Positions 47,493-57,519 of a stretch of 64,000 bases of DNA are shown one piece after another. A model generated the notes under the pieces. The model did not search any database and had not been told where the DNA came from. It saw nothing but the letters and a program-made list of their open reading frames with translations. The translations under genes and the position numbers were made by a program. This stretch comes from Bacteroidia bacterium (GTDB lineage: Bacteria > Bacteroidota > Bacteroidia > M30B66), in assembly GCA_965279035.1 (NCBI GenBank), contig OZ257142.1, forward strand, positions 3,936,001 through 4,000,000, written 5' to 3'. The number at the start of each line of letters is the position of its first letter. Position 1 is the first letter of the stretch.

Positions 47493-49877
47493 ATGCTCAA
47501 GAAGATTCTTCTCGGATTAGGACTATTGTTGATTATTGCTGTTGGAGGCACTTGGTTTTGGCTTCATTCTTTAAAACCTCAGTATAGCGGGGAAGTCAAT
47601 CTGAAAGGACTTCAACAAGAAACCGAAATATTTTACGACAATTTTGGTGTGCCTCACATTTATGCTAAAAATGAGCAGGATGCGTATTTCGCTCTTGGCT
47701 ATGTGGTTGCTCAAGACCGCTTGTTCCAAATCGAAATGATTCGTCGATTGGCTTCCGGACGACTTGCTGAAGTACTCGGAAATTCTCTTGTTAAGACCGA
47801 TCGATTTTTCCGCACGTTGGGTTTAAACAGACATGCTAAATGGTCGGTGGATGAATACTTGAAACGAGCACCCGAAAATGTTCAAAAAAGCACGCAGGCA
47901 TATATTTCAGGAATAAATCAGTACATCGAAAATGGGAGTACACCGATTGAATTTTCTATTCTAGGAATTGAAAAAGAACCCTTCACCCTAAACGACGTTT
48001 TTTTGATTACAGGCTATATGGCTTTTGGCTTTGCCGAAGGATTTCGTATTGATCCACTTATGGAAGGCATGTACCGCAAAGTGGGTGATAAATACATGAA
48101 TGAATTGGAGAAAGGTTGGCCTAAAGGCGGATTAACCATACCTGTTCATCCACGTGTAATGGCGAATGCGGAGCAACTCAGCATGAACATCGATCATATA
48201 TTGGAAAGCTATCCTGTTTCTCCCTGGATTGGTTCGAATAGTTGGGTATTAGCTCCTAAAAACACCAAAAACAATAAAACACTTTTGTGCAACGATACGC
48301 ACATGGGTTATGCTCAACCAGCCATTTGGTATGAAGCACATCTCGAATATCCTGGTTTTCATTTTTACGGAAACCATCTCGCAGGTTTTCCCTTTGCATT
48401 AACTGGTCACAGCGACTTTTGTGGTAATGGTTTAACGATGTTCGAAAACGACGATGTAGATTTTTACATAGAACAACGCGAAGGCAATAATGTGCAGTTT
48501 AACAATGCTCCGGTTCCATTGAAATTTTTCACCGAAGTGATTCATGTGAAAGATTCGGCAGATGTGAACTTGCAAGTGGCTGAATCGCCTCACGGCCCTC
48601 TCATTGAGCAGGTTTTTGAAAATTTTCCAGTGTACAACCAAGCGGTTTCGGTATGGTGGTCTTATTTGAAATTTCCTGCACGTTCGCTAGAAGCTGTTTA
48701 TGAAATAAATCATGCCCGATCGATTGATGAAGCGCGTGCCGGTGCTGCTAAAATTGATGCTCCCGGTTTAAATGTGATGTATGGAGATAAAGACGGACAT
48801 ATTGCTTGGTGGGCATCTGCGAAATTGGTAAAACATAGGCCGGGATTGTTTAGTAAACGCTTTTTTGATGGTGCTTCGGGGAATGATGAACCGCTCGGTT
48901 GGTTTGATTTCAGTCAGAATCCGCAATCAGAAGATCCTGAATCGGGGTATGTTTATTCGGCAAACAACCAACCCGATAGCACTGCTGGTGGCTATTATCC
49001 TGGATATTATGTGCCCGATAACAGAGCACGTCGAATTGATAGTATGTTGAGTAGTAAAAAAGGGTGGGATGTAGAGATGATGCGTAAAATGATGACCGAT
49101 GGCACGAGCGATACCTACAATCGAATTGCAAAAGAGCTATTGCATGTACTCGAAACTATTGAACCTGTTGCAATAAAATCGGAAGAAGCAAACCGATTGG
49201 CAAGTTGGGAAGGCGGACATGGTTTGGAATCTTCGGGTGTGTTAATTTACTACCGTTGGATTTATAATATTCTCAAAATATCCGTCTCTAGTAAAATCGG
49301 TTCTACATTGTTTAAATCCTACATGAACTCCCATTTCATGAAGACTTCCTATCCGGTGCTTTTGAAAAATCCGGATTCTATTTGGTGGGATAATTTATTA
49401 AGTAAGCCGATCGAAAAACGTCATCATATTATTCAACAGGCTTGGCATAAAACCATTGATGACCTCATTTCGATTTATGGGAAAGATCAAACGAAATGGA
49501 AATGGAGCCGAGCACATACAATTGAACATGTGCATCCTATCGGTCGCAAAAAGCCGTTCAATATCTTCTTTAACGTTGGTCCAGAAAGCGTCAATGGAGG
49601 GAATGAAGTAATCAATAATATTGGATTCAATATCGATTCAACAGGATATTATCCAGCGAAGTTTGGTCCTGCCATGCGGCGAATTATCGACTTTGCAGAT
49701 CCTGATCATAGCTTGAGTGTATTACCAACCGGACAATCGGGGTATTTTATGGCTGATCATTACGACGATCAGTTTGAACTATACAACAAAAACGGATTTC
49801 GGGATCAGTTGATGGATCGAGCAATGATTGAAAAACAAGCTCAAGGAAAATCCCTGAAATTGATTCCTGCAAAATGA
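47493..49877 (+). CDS. Penicillin acylase family (S45) Ntn-hydrolase
   Basis: GVPHIYA, AQDRLFQ, GSNSW nucleophile, NDTH, WYEAHL, SANN, PTGQSG. Confidence 0.92.
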   Translation: MLKKILLGLGLLLIIAVGGTWFWLHSLKPQYSGEVNLKGLQQETEIFYDNFGVPHIYAKNEQDAYFALGYVVAQDRLFQIEMIRRLASGRLAEVLGNSLVKTDRFFRTLGLNRHAKWSVDEYLKRAPENVQKSTQAYISGINQYIENGSTPIEFSILGIEKEPFTLNDVFLITGYMAFGFAEGFRIDPLMEGMYRKVGDKYMNELEKGWPKGGLTIPVHPRVMANAEQLSMNIDHILESYPVSPWIGSNSWVLAPKNTKNNKTLLCNDTHMGYAQPAIWYEAHLEYPGFHFYGNHLAGFPFALTGHSDFCGNGLTMFENDDVDFYIEQREGNNVQFNNAPVPLKFFTEVIHVKDSADVNLQVAESPHGPLIEQVFENFPVYNQAVSVWWSYLKFPARSLEAVYEINHARSIDEARAGAAKIDAPGLNVMYGDKDGHIAWWASAKLVKHRPGLFSKRFFDGASGNDEPLGWFDFSQNPQSEDPESGYVYSANNQPDSTAGGYYPGYYVPDNRARRIDSMLSSKKGWDVEMMRKMMTDGTSDTYNRIAKELLHVLETIEPVAIKSEEANRLASWEGGHGLESSGVLIYYRWIYNILKISVSSKIGSTLFKSYMNSHFMKTSYPVLLKNPDSIWWDNLLSKPIEKRHHIIQQAWHKTIDDLISIYGKDQTKWKWSRAHTIEHVHPIGRKKPFNIFFNVGPESVNGGNEVINNIGFNIDSTGYYPAKFGPAMRRIIDFADPDHSLSVLPTGQSGYFMADHYDDQFELYNKNGFRDQLMDRAMIEKQAQGKSLKLIPAK

Positions 49878-50776
49878 GGGCGCAGAGCAGTTCTAAGGTA
49901 TTGATGATTCGTCCTGCGAATTTCGGTTTCAACTCAGAAACTGCTGCCAGTAATGTTTTTCAACATCCATCTGAAGGTAACGATTCACAAGCAAAAGCCC
50001 TAGAAGAATTTGATGCGATGGTTGAAATTCTACGTTCTGAGGGAGTCGATGTTTGGGTTGAAAACGATAATCCTGATGTGGTTTGTCCGGATGCTATTTT
50101 CCCCAATAATTGCTTAGGAATCCATCCTGAAAAGCACCTAGTTCTTTATCCGATGCTTGCCGAAAACAGGCGATTAGAAAGAAATAAAGCATTAATTAAA
50201 CACATCCAAGAAAAATTACCACAGCATCAATTAAGCGACCTAAGCGATGCCGAAAAGCAGGGAAAGTTTTTAGAAGGAACTGGCAGTTTAGTTTTTGATC
50301 ATATACGAAAAGTGGTGTATGCGAGTAAATCTGAAAGAACGAATGAGGAATTGGTATTGAACCTTGCTCAATTGTTAGGTTATCGCCCATTCGTTTTTGA
50401 TGCCTTGGATGAACATGGAATTCCATATTATCACACAAACGTACTATTGACAATAGGTACTCGCTTTTCGATAGTATGCGCAGAATGCATCCCCGAAAGC
50501 CAACGGAATGCTGTTTTAGATTCGTTATTCGAAGGAAATCGTCCGGTATTGTTAATCAGTAGAGCGCAGGTAAATGCCTTTGCAGGGAATATGTTGGAGT
50601 TGAAAAACTCGGCTGATGAAACACTTCTAGTGCTTTCAAACACGGCGCTTTCCTCGCTCGAAGCCAGTGAAATTGCTTTTTTACAACAATTTGCTTTGTT
50701 GCTTCCTATCGAAATTCCGAGCATAGAGCGAATTGGTGGCGGCAGTGTGCGATGTATGATGGCAGAAGTTTTTTGA
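49874..50776 (+). CDS. ctlX: Citrulline utilization hydrolase CtlX (amidinotransferase fold)
   Basis: MIRPANFGFN.ETA..N.FQ, PDAIFPNN, LEGTGS, YHTNV, GGGSVRCM.AE. Confidence 0.88.
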   Translation: MRAQSSSKVLMIRPANFGFNSETAASNVFQHPSEGNDSQAKALEEFDAMVEILRSEGVDVWVENDNPDVVCPDAIFPNNCLGIHPEKHLVLYPMLAENRRLERNKALIKHIQEKLPQHQLSDLSDAEKQGKFLEGTGSLVFDHIRKVVYASKSERTNEELVLNLAQLLGYRPFVFDALDEHGIPYYHTNVLLTIGTRFSIVCAECIPESQRNAVLDSLFEGNRPVLLISRAQVNAFAGNMLELKNSADETLLVLSNTALSSLEASEIAFLQQFALLLPIEIPSIERIGGGSVRCMMAEVF

Positions 50777-50847
50777 TGTTTTGAATAGAACAAGAATGAA
50801 TCTGCAAAAACCTTATCTTTGAATCTCTCATACGCTAAATAAATTCT

Positions 50848-51420
50848 ATGATTCGCTATACCTTGCCCCATTTATTGGGTGCTTTTCTTTTCTGTGGAAC
50901 AGTGATGAGCACAACTGCATTGGCTCAACCTAAGACCGAAAAAACTGAAATGACGGCTGCTAAAAAGGACGATCGTCCAAGTCCGCCGCGCAGTGCTGAA
51001 GCTACCATCGGTGATTTAAAAGTGACTATAAATTATAGTTCTCCGGGTGTAAAATCTCGGACTATTTTTGGTGATTTGGTGCCTTATGGAAAAGTGTGGA
51101 GAACAGGTGCAAATGAAGCTACAACCGTTGAAATTAGCCGCGACTGCAAAGTGGGTGGCAGCTTTTTACGTGCAGGAAAATATGCCTTATTTACCATTCC
51201 AGGCGAAACAGAATGGACGATAATATTCAATACCGTTCCTGATCAGTGGGGCGCTTATAAGTACGATGATAGTAAAGACGCCCTGCGTTTTAAAGTGAAG
51301 CCAACAAAGTCTGCTGAATTCAACGAGCGTTTGAAATTTGAGATTAGCTCGGATGAAACTGGGAATGGAAAAGTGAGCCTTTTTTGGGACAATACCCAAA
51401 TTACTTGGGAGATGCGTTAA
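50848..51420 (+). CDS. DUF2911 domain exported protein
   Basis: SP...YSSPGVK.R.IFG.LVPYGKVWRTGANEAT, WG...YD...D. Confidence 0.9.
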   Translation: MIRYTLPHLLGAFLFCGTVMSTTALAQPKTEKTEMTAAKKDDRPSPPRSAEATIGDLKVTINYSSPGVKSRTIFGDLVPYGKVWRTGANEATTVEISRDCKVGGSFLRAGKYALFTIPGETEWTIIFNTVPDQWGAYKYDDSKDALRFKVKPTKSAEFNERLKFEISSDETGNGKVSLFWDNTQITWEMR

Positions 51421-51440
51421 GCTATTTTTAAAAAAATTTT

Positions 51441-51473
51441 GAAGCCATTCGATTTCTCGAATGGCTTTTTTTG
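51441..51473 (+). terminator. Intrinsic terminator
   Basis: GAAGCCATTCGA-TTTC-TCGAATGGCTTT followed by a T-run. Confidence 0.8.
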
Positions 51474-51478
51474 TTTAC

Positions 51479-51670
51479 CCCCGGACTGAAGTCCGGGGGT
51501 GCTGGAGTTGGTTGAAGCTTTACGTTATGCTTGTTGGTGCTCCGGCAGCCCCGTACTGATTCCGGGGGTGCTGTAAAGAGTTGAAGCTTTACGTTATGCT
51601 TGTTTGTGCTGTGGCATGCCCGGACTTAAGTCCGGGTGTGCTGGAGGTAGTTTGGGGATTTACGTTATGA
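51479..51670 (+). repeat. REP-like palindrome cluster D (3 copies, ~70-bp period)
   Basis: Palindromes at 51479, 51549 and 51619, each followed by GTGCTG; linker GTTGAAGCTTTACGTTATGCTTGTT is repeated. Confidence 0.85.
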
Positions 51671-51699
51671 CGCCGGCTTCGTGCGTCCTAAAAGCAGTA

Positions 51700-51780
51700 G
51701 GGATAGAGCGAAAAGCCCGCAGCGTATGCCATAGCTTCAGCGAAGGCATACAGTGAGGACTTGCAGCGAAAGCCCGGATA
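51700..51780 (+). repeat. Dispersed repeat family of 19150-19245, copy 2
   Basis: GAAAAGCCCGCAGCGTATGCCATAGCTTCAGCGAAGGCATACAGTGAGGACTTGCAGCGAAAGCCCGG. Confidence 0.75.
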
Positions 51781-51785
51781 CTGCC

Positions 51786-52382
51786 CTATTCGTTTAAGCC
51801 TTGGTAATCGGGTTGGAGCAGGGAATAAAGGACTGAATCTTCGGCAATGCCATTTTTGACATAATGCTGACGTAGAAGTCCTTCTTTTTGGAAACCGAAC
51901 TTATTGATTAGCGCGATAGACGCTTCATTCCAAGGACCAATGCAGGCTTCGATACGATGCAAATAGAGTTGATTGAAACCAAAGTTGATAGCAAATTGAA
52001 GCGCTTCGGTCATAAAGCCACGTCGTTTCCAAACATCATCAATGAGTGAATAGCCAATTTCGGCGCGCCGATGCATGAAATTCCAATTATGATACCCGCA
52101 ACTACCGATTCCTAATTCTGTTTCTTTATCGAAAATTTGAAACCAGCAAATATTGGTACTATAACTCTGCAATCCTTGTTTGGCTTTCATTTTCTCTTGC
52201 AACCATTCGGCATCGTTGCGGATATTCATGAATGCTCTTGCTTGTCGTGCAGGTGCTTTTAAAGCTAAAAAACTTCGTGTATCTGCCCGCAATTCCCGTA
52301 ACACTAAGCGGCTGGTTTCGTGCTTAGGAATAAAGGGAAAGGCATTCAATAAGCCTTTTATTTCATGAGCCCTTTGATCCAT
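51786..52382 (-). CDS. GNAT family N-acetyltransferase (RimJ/RimL-like)
   Basis: ETSRLVLREL; AEIGYSL; RGFMTEAL; LHRIEA; NEASI.L..KFGF.KEG.LR; exact start uncertain. Confidence 0.85.
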   Translation of the reverse strand: MDQRAHEIKGLLNAFPFIPKHETSRLVLRELRADTRSFLALKAPARQARAFMNIRNDAEWLQEKMKAKQGLQSYSTNICWFQIFDKETELGIGSCGYHNWNFMHRRAEIGYSLIDDVWKRRGFMTEALQFAINFGFNQLYLHRIEACIGPWNEASIALINKFGFQKEGLLRQHYVKNGIAEDSVLYSLLQPDYQGLNE

Positions 52383-53716
52383 TTGTAGATGTCGTTACCA
52401 TTGGCAAAAACGAGTAAGCTAAGTAGCAAAATCATTCCCACCATTTGCGCACGTTCCAAGAATTTTTCGCTTGGTTTACGTCCGGTGATGATTTCGTAGA
52501 GCAAGAATAACACGTGTCCACCGTCGAGTGCTGGAATGGGAAGGATATTCATGAATGCGAGCGCGATGGAAAGGAAAGCGGTGATGTTCCAGAAGCGGTG
52601 CCAGTCCCAGCCTTTATCGAATTGAGAAGCAATGGCGCCAAAGCCTCCTACTTTTTGAGAACCTTCTTTGGTGAAGACGAGTTTGAACTGTTTAACGTAA
52701 TTGACAAGTGTTTGACTTCCTTCGGAAATCCCAGCTGGGAATGATTCGAAGAAGCCAAATGTTTGTGTTTTAAAACTGAGTAATTTCTTGGGATCGATGT
52801 TGTAGAAACCTAGTTTCCCATCGTCACCAATTTTGGTTTTAAGAGCAAGTGTGTCTGCTCCACGTTTAATTTTGATGCTTACGTCTTTGCCTTTATTGGC
52901 GGAAAGAAGCTTACTTAATTCACCGAAGAAAACAACTTTTTCGGCATTGAAACCAACAATGGTATCACCTTTTTTCAATCCTCCTTTTTCGGCAGGAGAA
53001 TCGGCCATAATTGAATCGACAATGGCAGGAACAGCTGGCATGAAAAGCGTCGTTTCTTCGAGCGACATGACACGTTCGGCAAAGCCTTCGGGAATTTTCA
53101 CTTCCAATTTTTCGCCATTTCGGTCTATCTGAACAAGGCTTGGTTCATTCAATAAAATTCCAAGATTGAGTTCTCGAAAATCCTCTGGCATTTTTCCATT
53201 TACACCGAGAATTTTATCTCCATTTTGGAATCCTAAATCGGAAACAATTTTATCACCTACAACAATTCCATATTTGGCATTTGCTACAGGCAGATATTCT
53301 TTCCCCCAAACAAAAAGAATCATCGAATAGATGACCATTCCCAAAATGAGGTTTACGGTAACACCACCAATCATGATGATGAGACGTTGCCAAGCTGGTT
53401 TAGAGCGAAATTCCCATGGTTGAGCAGGTTGAGCGAGTTGCTCTTTGTCCATCGACTCATCGATCATTCCAGAAATCTTCACATAACCACCAAGTGGCAG
53501 CCATCCAATTCCATATTCGGTCCCTTGATCAACGCCGTTTTCGTCAATCTTTTTGGTTTTGACTTTAAAGAGCGAAAATCCCCAATCGAAAAAGAGGTAA
53601 AACTTCTCCACACGGGTGTTGAACCAGCGTGCCGGAAAGAAGTGACCCATTTCGTGAAGGATGATAAGAATAGATAAACTCAGGATTAGTTGAGCAGCAA
53701 GAATAAGGGTATCCAT
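52358..53716 (-). CDS. rseP: RIP metalloprotease RseP
   Basis: HEMGH, GWLPLGGYVKISGM, two PDZ domains, NILPIPALDGG; start MDTLILAAQ. Confidence 0.95.
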   Translation of the reverse strand: MDTLILAAQLILSLSILIILHEMGHFFPARWFNTRVEKFYLFFDWGFSLFKVKTKKIDENGVDQGTEYGIGWLPLGGYVKISGMIDESMDKEQLAQPAQPWEFRSKPAWQRLIIMIGGVTVNLILGMVIYSMILFVWGKEYLPVANAKYGIVVGDKIVSDLGFQNGDKILGVNGKMPEDFRELNLGILLNEPSLVQIDRNGEKLEVKIPEGFAERVMSLEETTLFMPAVPAIVDSIMADSPAEKGGLKKGDTIVGFNAEKVVFFGELSKLLSANKGKDVSIKIKRGADTLALKTKIGDDGKLGFYNIDPKKLLSFKTQTFGFFESFPAGISEGSQTLVNYVKQFKLVFTKEGSQKVGGFGAIASQFDKGWDWHRFWNITAFLSIALAFMNILPIPALDGGHVLFLLYEIITGRKPSEKFLERAQMVGMILLLSLLVFANGNDIYKWIKGLMK

Positions 53717-53767
53717 TAAGAATGTTCGGAGTTGAGGGCGTAAAAGTAAGGAAAAATTGGTGTGCTG

Positions 53768-53828
53768 GTGTGCTCCCATCGACAAGATCAGGGAGCGTGT
53801 AAATACCGAGCGCTGAGCTTGTCGAAGT
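53768..53828. repeat. CTTCGACAAGCTCAG-family element, shortened copy 3
   Basis: GTGCTCCCATCGACAAGATCAGGGAGCGTG...GCGCTGAGCTTGTCGAAG. Confidence 0.75.
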
Positions 53829-53850
53829 GTGCTGATTGTTTAATGTGATA

Positions 53851-53873
53851 GTAGCTTCGGATTCAATCCGGGG
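53851..53873 (+). repeat. Single degenerate REP-like palindrome
   Basis: GTAG-CTTCGGATTCAATCCGGGG. Confidence 0.6.
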
Positions 53874-54005
53874 ATAAATGATTGTTAAAATAAGTGTGAT
53901 TCGTTAGATTAGAAAGGATTCACTGGGATGATTAATTAACGATATGATTGAAATTGGTTTGTAATAACGGAATTCAATTCGAGGATTATTAATTAAATTT
54001 ATAGT

Positions 54006-54182
54006 ATGAAAAAAGCAATTTCCAAATTAAACAAAGAGTGGCATTTGGCGAATAAAATGCCTGTCAATGCTCGATTTGAGGAGCGTGTTAAATGGCATCT
54101 AGAGCATGCTAAAAATTGTGCATGTAGACCGATACCAGAAAAGTTGTTGGAGCAAATGAAACAAAAAGGAATTCAGATTTAA
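54006..54182 (+). CDS. Small His/Cys-motif protein (58 aa), absent from the ORF track
   Basis: MKKAISKLNKEWHLANKMPVNARFEERVKWHLEHAKNCACRPIPEKLLEQMKQKGIQI*; ends 10 nt before the next gene. Confidence 0.75.
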   Translation: MKKAISKLNKEWHLANKMPVNARFEERVKWHLEHAKNCACRPIPEKLLEQMKQKGIQI

Positions 54183-54192
54183 AATTTATGCA

Positions 54193-54702
54193 ATGGATTT
54201 AAAACTCCGATCGTGGGAATTGAGTGATTTAGCAAGTCTTGTTAAGTATGCAAATAATCCGAAAATAGCGGCAAACATGACAGATGCTTTTCCTAGTCCA
54301 TATACCGAGGACAGCGGACGTGCATTTATTACAATGGCTCAAAAGGGAGGTTCCATTTGCTTAATGGCTATAGAAGTTGAAGAAGAAGCTGTTGGAGGAA
54401 TTGGTATCCATTTACAAAGTGATATAATGCGAAAAAATGCTGAATTAGGGTATTGGCTCGCAGAACCTTTTTGGGGAAAAGGAATTATGTCACAAGCGGT
54501 AAAAAAGATGGTTGAACACGCATTTAATACGTTTGATATAAACCGTATTTATGCTCGTCCGTTTGGAACTAATAAAGCATCGCAACGCGTTTTAGAAAAG
54601 TCTGGTTTTAAGCTTGAAGCCCGAATTGAGAAGAATATTTTCAAAAAGGGGGAATATCTGGATGAATTAATTTATGCGATTCGAAGAACTCCTACTACTT
54701 AA
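54193..54702 (+). CDS. GNAT family N-acetyltransferase (RimJ/RimL-like)
   Basis: FPSPYT, AELGYWL.EPFWGKGIM, N.AS.RVLEK.GF.LE. Confidence 0.88.
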   Translation: MDLKLRSWELSDLASLVKYANNPKIAANMTDAFPSPYTEDSGRAFITMAQKGGSICLMAIEVEEEAVGGIGIHLQSDIMRKNAELGYWLAEPFWGKGIMSQAVKKMVEHAFNTFDINRIYARPFGTNKASQRVLEKSGFKLEARIEKNIFKKGEYLDELIYAIRRTPTT

Positions 54703-54747
54703 ATTAATTATTTACAGTATTCTTGGTCTTTCCGAATCACTTTCACC

Positions 54748-55551
54748 ATGAGCCATTTAAATTACATTGATGTTAACAGAAATTCTTGGAACAACCGACT
54801 CGAAGCGCATTTGAAATCGGAGTTTTATGATGTAGTAGGTTTTAAACAAGGAAACTCTTCTCTTAAATCTATAGAATTAGCCTTATTGGGAGATGTAAGT
54901 GGATTGAAAATTCTGCATTTGCAATGTCATTTTGGACAAGATAGTTTGTCTTTAGCACGAATGGGAGCTCAGGTTACTGGAGTTGATTTATCGGATAAAG
55001 CGATTTATGCTGCTCAAGCATTAAATTCCGAATTAGGATTAAATGCGCGTTTTATTTGTTGCGATTTATACGATTTGCCAAATCATTTAGACGAATCATT
55101 CGACCTTGTATTTACAAGCTATGGGACGATTGGATGGTTACCTGATCTGAATAAATGGGCTGGAATTATAAGTCACTTTCTAAAGCCGGAAGGTCGATTT
55201 GTGTTTGTAGAATTTCATCCAGTAGTTTGGATGTTTGATGATGCGTTCGAACAAGTTGCTTATACGTATTTGAATTCGGGTGAAATAATCGAAACAGAAA
55301 CGGGAACTTATGCTGATAAGCAAGCAGAAATACATCAAAATTATGTATGTTGGAATCACGGAATTTCGGAAGTTTTGAATGGATTAATAAGGCATGGAAT
55401 ACTCATTCAATCGCTTGATGAGTTTGATTATTCCCCCTATAATTGTTTCCAAAATACAATTGAATTTGAACCTGGTAAATTCCGAATAGAGAAAATGGAT
55501 AATAAGATCCCCATGGTGTATTCGGTTTTGGGAAAGAAAGAAATTAAATAG
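54748..55551 (+). CDS. Class I SAM-dependent methyltransferase
   Basis: LHLQCHFGQD, VTGVDLS, FDLVFTSYG...WLPDL, EFHP. Confidence 0.88.
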   Translation: MSHLNYIDVNRNSWNNRLEAHLKSEFYDVVGFKQGNSSLKSIELALLGDVSGLKILHLQCHFGQDSLSLARMGAQVTGVDLSDKAIYAAQALNSELGLNARFICCDLYDLPNHLDESFDLVFTSYGTIGWLPDLNKWAGIISHFLKPEGRFVFVEFHPVVWMFDDAFEQVAYTYLNSGEIIETETGTYADKQAEIHQNYVCWNHGISEVLNGLIRHGILIQSLDEFDYSPYNCFQNTIEFEPGKFRIEKMDNKIPMVYSVLGKKEIK

Positions 55552-55595
55552 GCTGAATTCCCTTTTCTATCTTTGTCTAAAATTGAAACCAATCC

Positions 55596-56237
55596 ATGAA
55601 ACAATCATTTTTTGCCCTTTTTTTTCTTCTTTTATTTAATTCGATAGACGCACAAAAAAAAGCGGTTACGGAAACTGGAGAGGAAGTCATTCTTTTTGAG
55701 GATGGTACTTGGAAATATGAAAATACTCCACCCACGATCTCGGAAGAGATAAAATTAAATCCAAGTACTTTTAAGAAAAGTCCAAAAGCAAGTTTTTTAT
55801 TAAAAAGTAGTCGCTTTAATATTGGATTTTGGATGGATTCAAAAGTATGGACCTTCAAAAAAGCGACAAACAATGAGTCGGCCGAATATGAACTTCATGC
55901 AAAAGATTTGGATATCTATGGAATGATTATAACGGAAACAATAGAAATTCCTTTAGAAACTCTCAAAGATATTGCACTTTCGAATGGAAAAGGAGTAGCT
56001 CCTGATTTGCATGTAACCAAAGAAGAATATCGCATGGTAAATGGCTTGAAAATATTATTACTTCAAATGGATGGAACTGTTAAAGGAATTAAATTTTCAT
56101 ATTATGGTTACTACTATTCCAATGCAAATGGAACTGTTCAATTCATCACCTATTCATCTCAAAAAATAATTGAAGAGAACAGAACTATTTGTGAGGATTT
56201 ATTGAATGGAATTTTTGAAGTTTCAACAAGTAAATAA
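55596..56237 (+). CDS. Hypothetical exported protein (DUF3157-like N-terminus)
   Basis: Signal peptide; TETGEEVILFEDGTWKY. Confidence 0.7.
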   Translation: MKQSFFALFFLLLFNSIDAQKKAVTETGEEVILFEDGTWKYENTPPTISEEIKLNPSTFKKSPKASFLLKSSRFNIGFWMDSKVWTFKKATNNESAEYELHAKDLDIYGMIITETIEIPLETLKDIALSNGKGVAPDLHVTKEEYRMVNGLKILLLQMDGTVKGIKFSYYGYYYSNANGTVQFITYSSQKIIEENRTICEDLLNGIFEVSTSK

Positions 56238-57041
56238 GTGATTGACATGAAAACTGAAATTAGAAAATCTCTAACTCTTATTTTATTTTTTTTGAGTTAT
56301 CATGTTGGAATTTCGCAATGCACAAGCATAGATCAATCGCAATTAAATTATAACGGTGGCACTAGTGCACGGAATTTAGATGGATACAGTGAGTGGCAAA
56401 GTTTTCAAGCTGGAAATACAGGAATACTTTGTAAGATTGAAGTAGGCTTATTTAATTTCATGAATGGAACCGGAATTTTTCGCGTGTATGAAGGCATTGG
56501 AACAGCAGGAACAATCCTTTCTGAAGATACCGTTTTGATAAGTGGTGATGGGAATTTCTTTTTCCCATTTGATGTTTCAGTTCCAATAACAGCTGGATTG
56601 AATTATACCTTTCATTTAAAACCCATATTAAATGGTGGATTACCTGATCCATATGGTGTTCAGGTGCAGAATCCAAGAACTTATACTACAGGAGAAATGT
56701 ATTTAGTTGATCCATCTGGATCGTATGCAACGGGATTTGATATGGTTTTTAAAACATATGTAGAAACAAATACAGGATTAAAACAAACTGATCCAATTCC
56801 ACATTCAATCATCTATCCCAATCCAAGTAATGGATTCATTACGATTGATAACAGAGGAATTGAAGGTGTTAATCTTATTGAAATTATTGATATTCAGGGT
56901 AAAACAATTAAGAAAATCTCCAATGAAAATCTTCAAGAAATAAAATTAAATACTTCTGAATTTCGATCTGGAATGTATTTTATCCGAATTAAATCTGAGA
57001 AAGGAATTGTACAAAATAATAAACTAATTCTATCCCTTTAA
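56238..57041 (+). CDS. Small secreted protein with T9SS CTD
   Basis: Signal peptide; WQSFQAG...DMVFKTY beta domain; IYPNPS...SGMYFIRI...KLI. Confidence 0.82.
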   Translation: MIDMKTEIRKSLTLILFFLSYHVGISQCTSIDQSQLNYNGGTSARNLDGYSEWQSFQAGNTGILCKIEVGLFNFMNGTGIFRVYEGIGTAGTILSEDTVLISGDGNFFFPFDVSVPITAGLNYTFHLKPILNGGLPDPYGVQVQNPRTYTTGEMYLVDPSGSYATGFDMVFKTYVETNTGLKQTDPIPHSIIYPNPSNGFITIDNRGIEGVNLIEIIDIQGKTIKKISNENLQEIKLNTSEFRSGMYFIRIKSEKGIVQNNKLILSL

Positions 57042-57057
57042 CGAGTTAAATAAAACC

Positions 57058-57432
57058 TTGAATAAGATTCCCAAATTAGAAAGTGAAATTGTTGCTGATT
57101 ACATGGAATTATTAAATCATCCCATGAAATTAGAGATTGAGCTTCTTCGCACTATTATTAAAGAAGCTTCTCCAGAAATTCAAGAACGAATTAAATGGAA
57201 TGCTCCTAGTTATTATGTTGGCAAGCATGATATCCTCACGTTTAATCACCGAATGACCGATAAGGTACACTTGATATTTCATAGTAGCGTGATTGAACAA
57301 ATTATTCATCCGATACTAGAAGGAGATTACAAACAGCGCAGAATGAGCTATTTTACCTCCATGGATGACATTGAGAACAAGCGTGATAAAATCCAATCCA
57401 TTATTCAACAAAACCTAGCACTATTAAAATAA
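57058..57432 (+). CDS. DUF1801 domain protein
   Basis: LR.II....P.I.ERIKWNAPSY. Confidence 0.8.
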   Translation: MNKIPKLESEIVADYMELLNHPMKLEIELLRTIIKEASPEIQERIKWNAPSYYVGKHDILTFNHRMTDKVHLIFHSSVIEQIIHPILEGDYKQRRMSYFTSMDDIENKRDKIQSIIQQNLALLK

Positions 57433-57519
57433 AAAAGACAAAATAATTACATAACGATTTATCTAAAAATTAGCAAGTTTCGGGTCGAAATTAATCCTCG
57501 AAATGCGCATTTTTGTGCT

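Noticed and set aside
46290-49877. Beta-lactam resistance cluster (beta-lactamase plus penicillin acylase)
   Set aside because: Both families are broad peptidase/amidase groups; motifs alone do not indicate antibiotic substrates.
50431-50871. Antisense and nested ORFs in the track (e.g. 50431..50871, 17881..18258, 9649..9846, 18914..19096, 35918..36106)
   Set aside because: They are shadows of well-supported genes or read through repeat elements, and they show no recognisable motifs.
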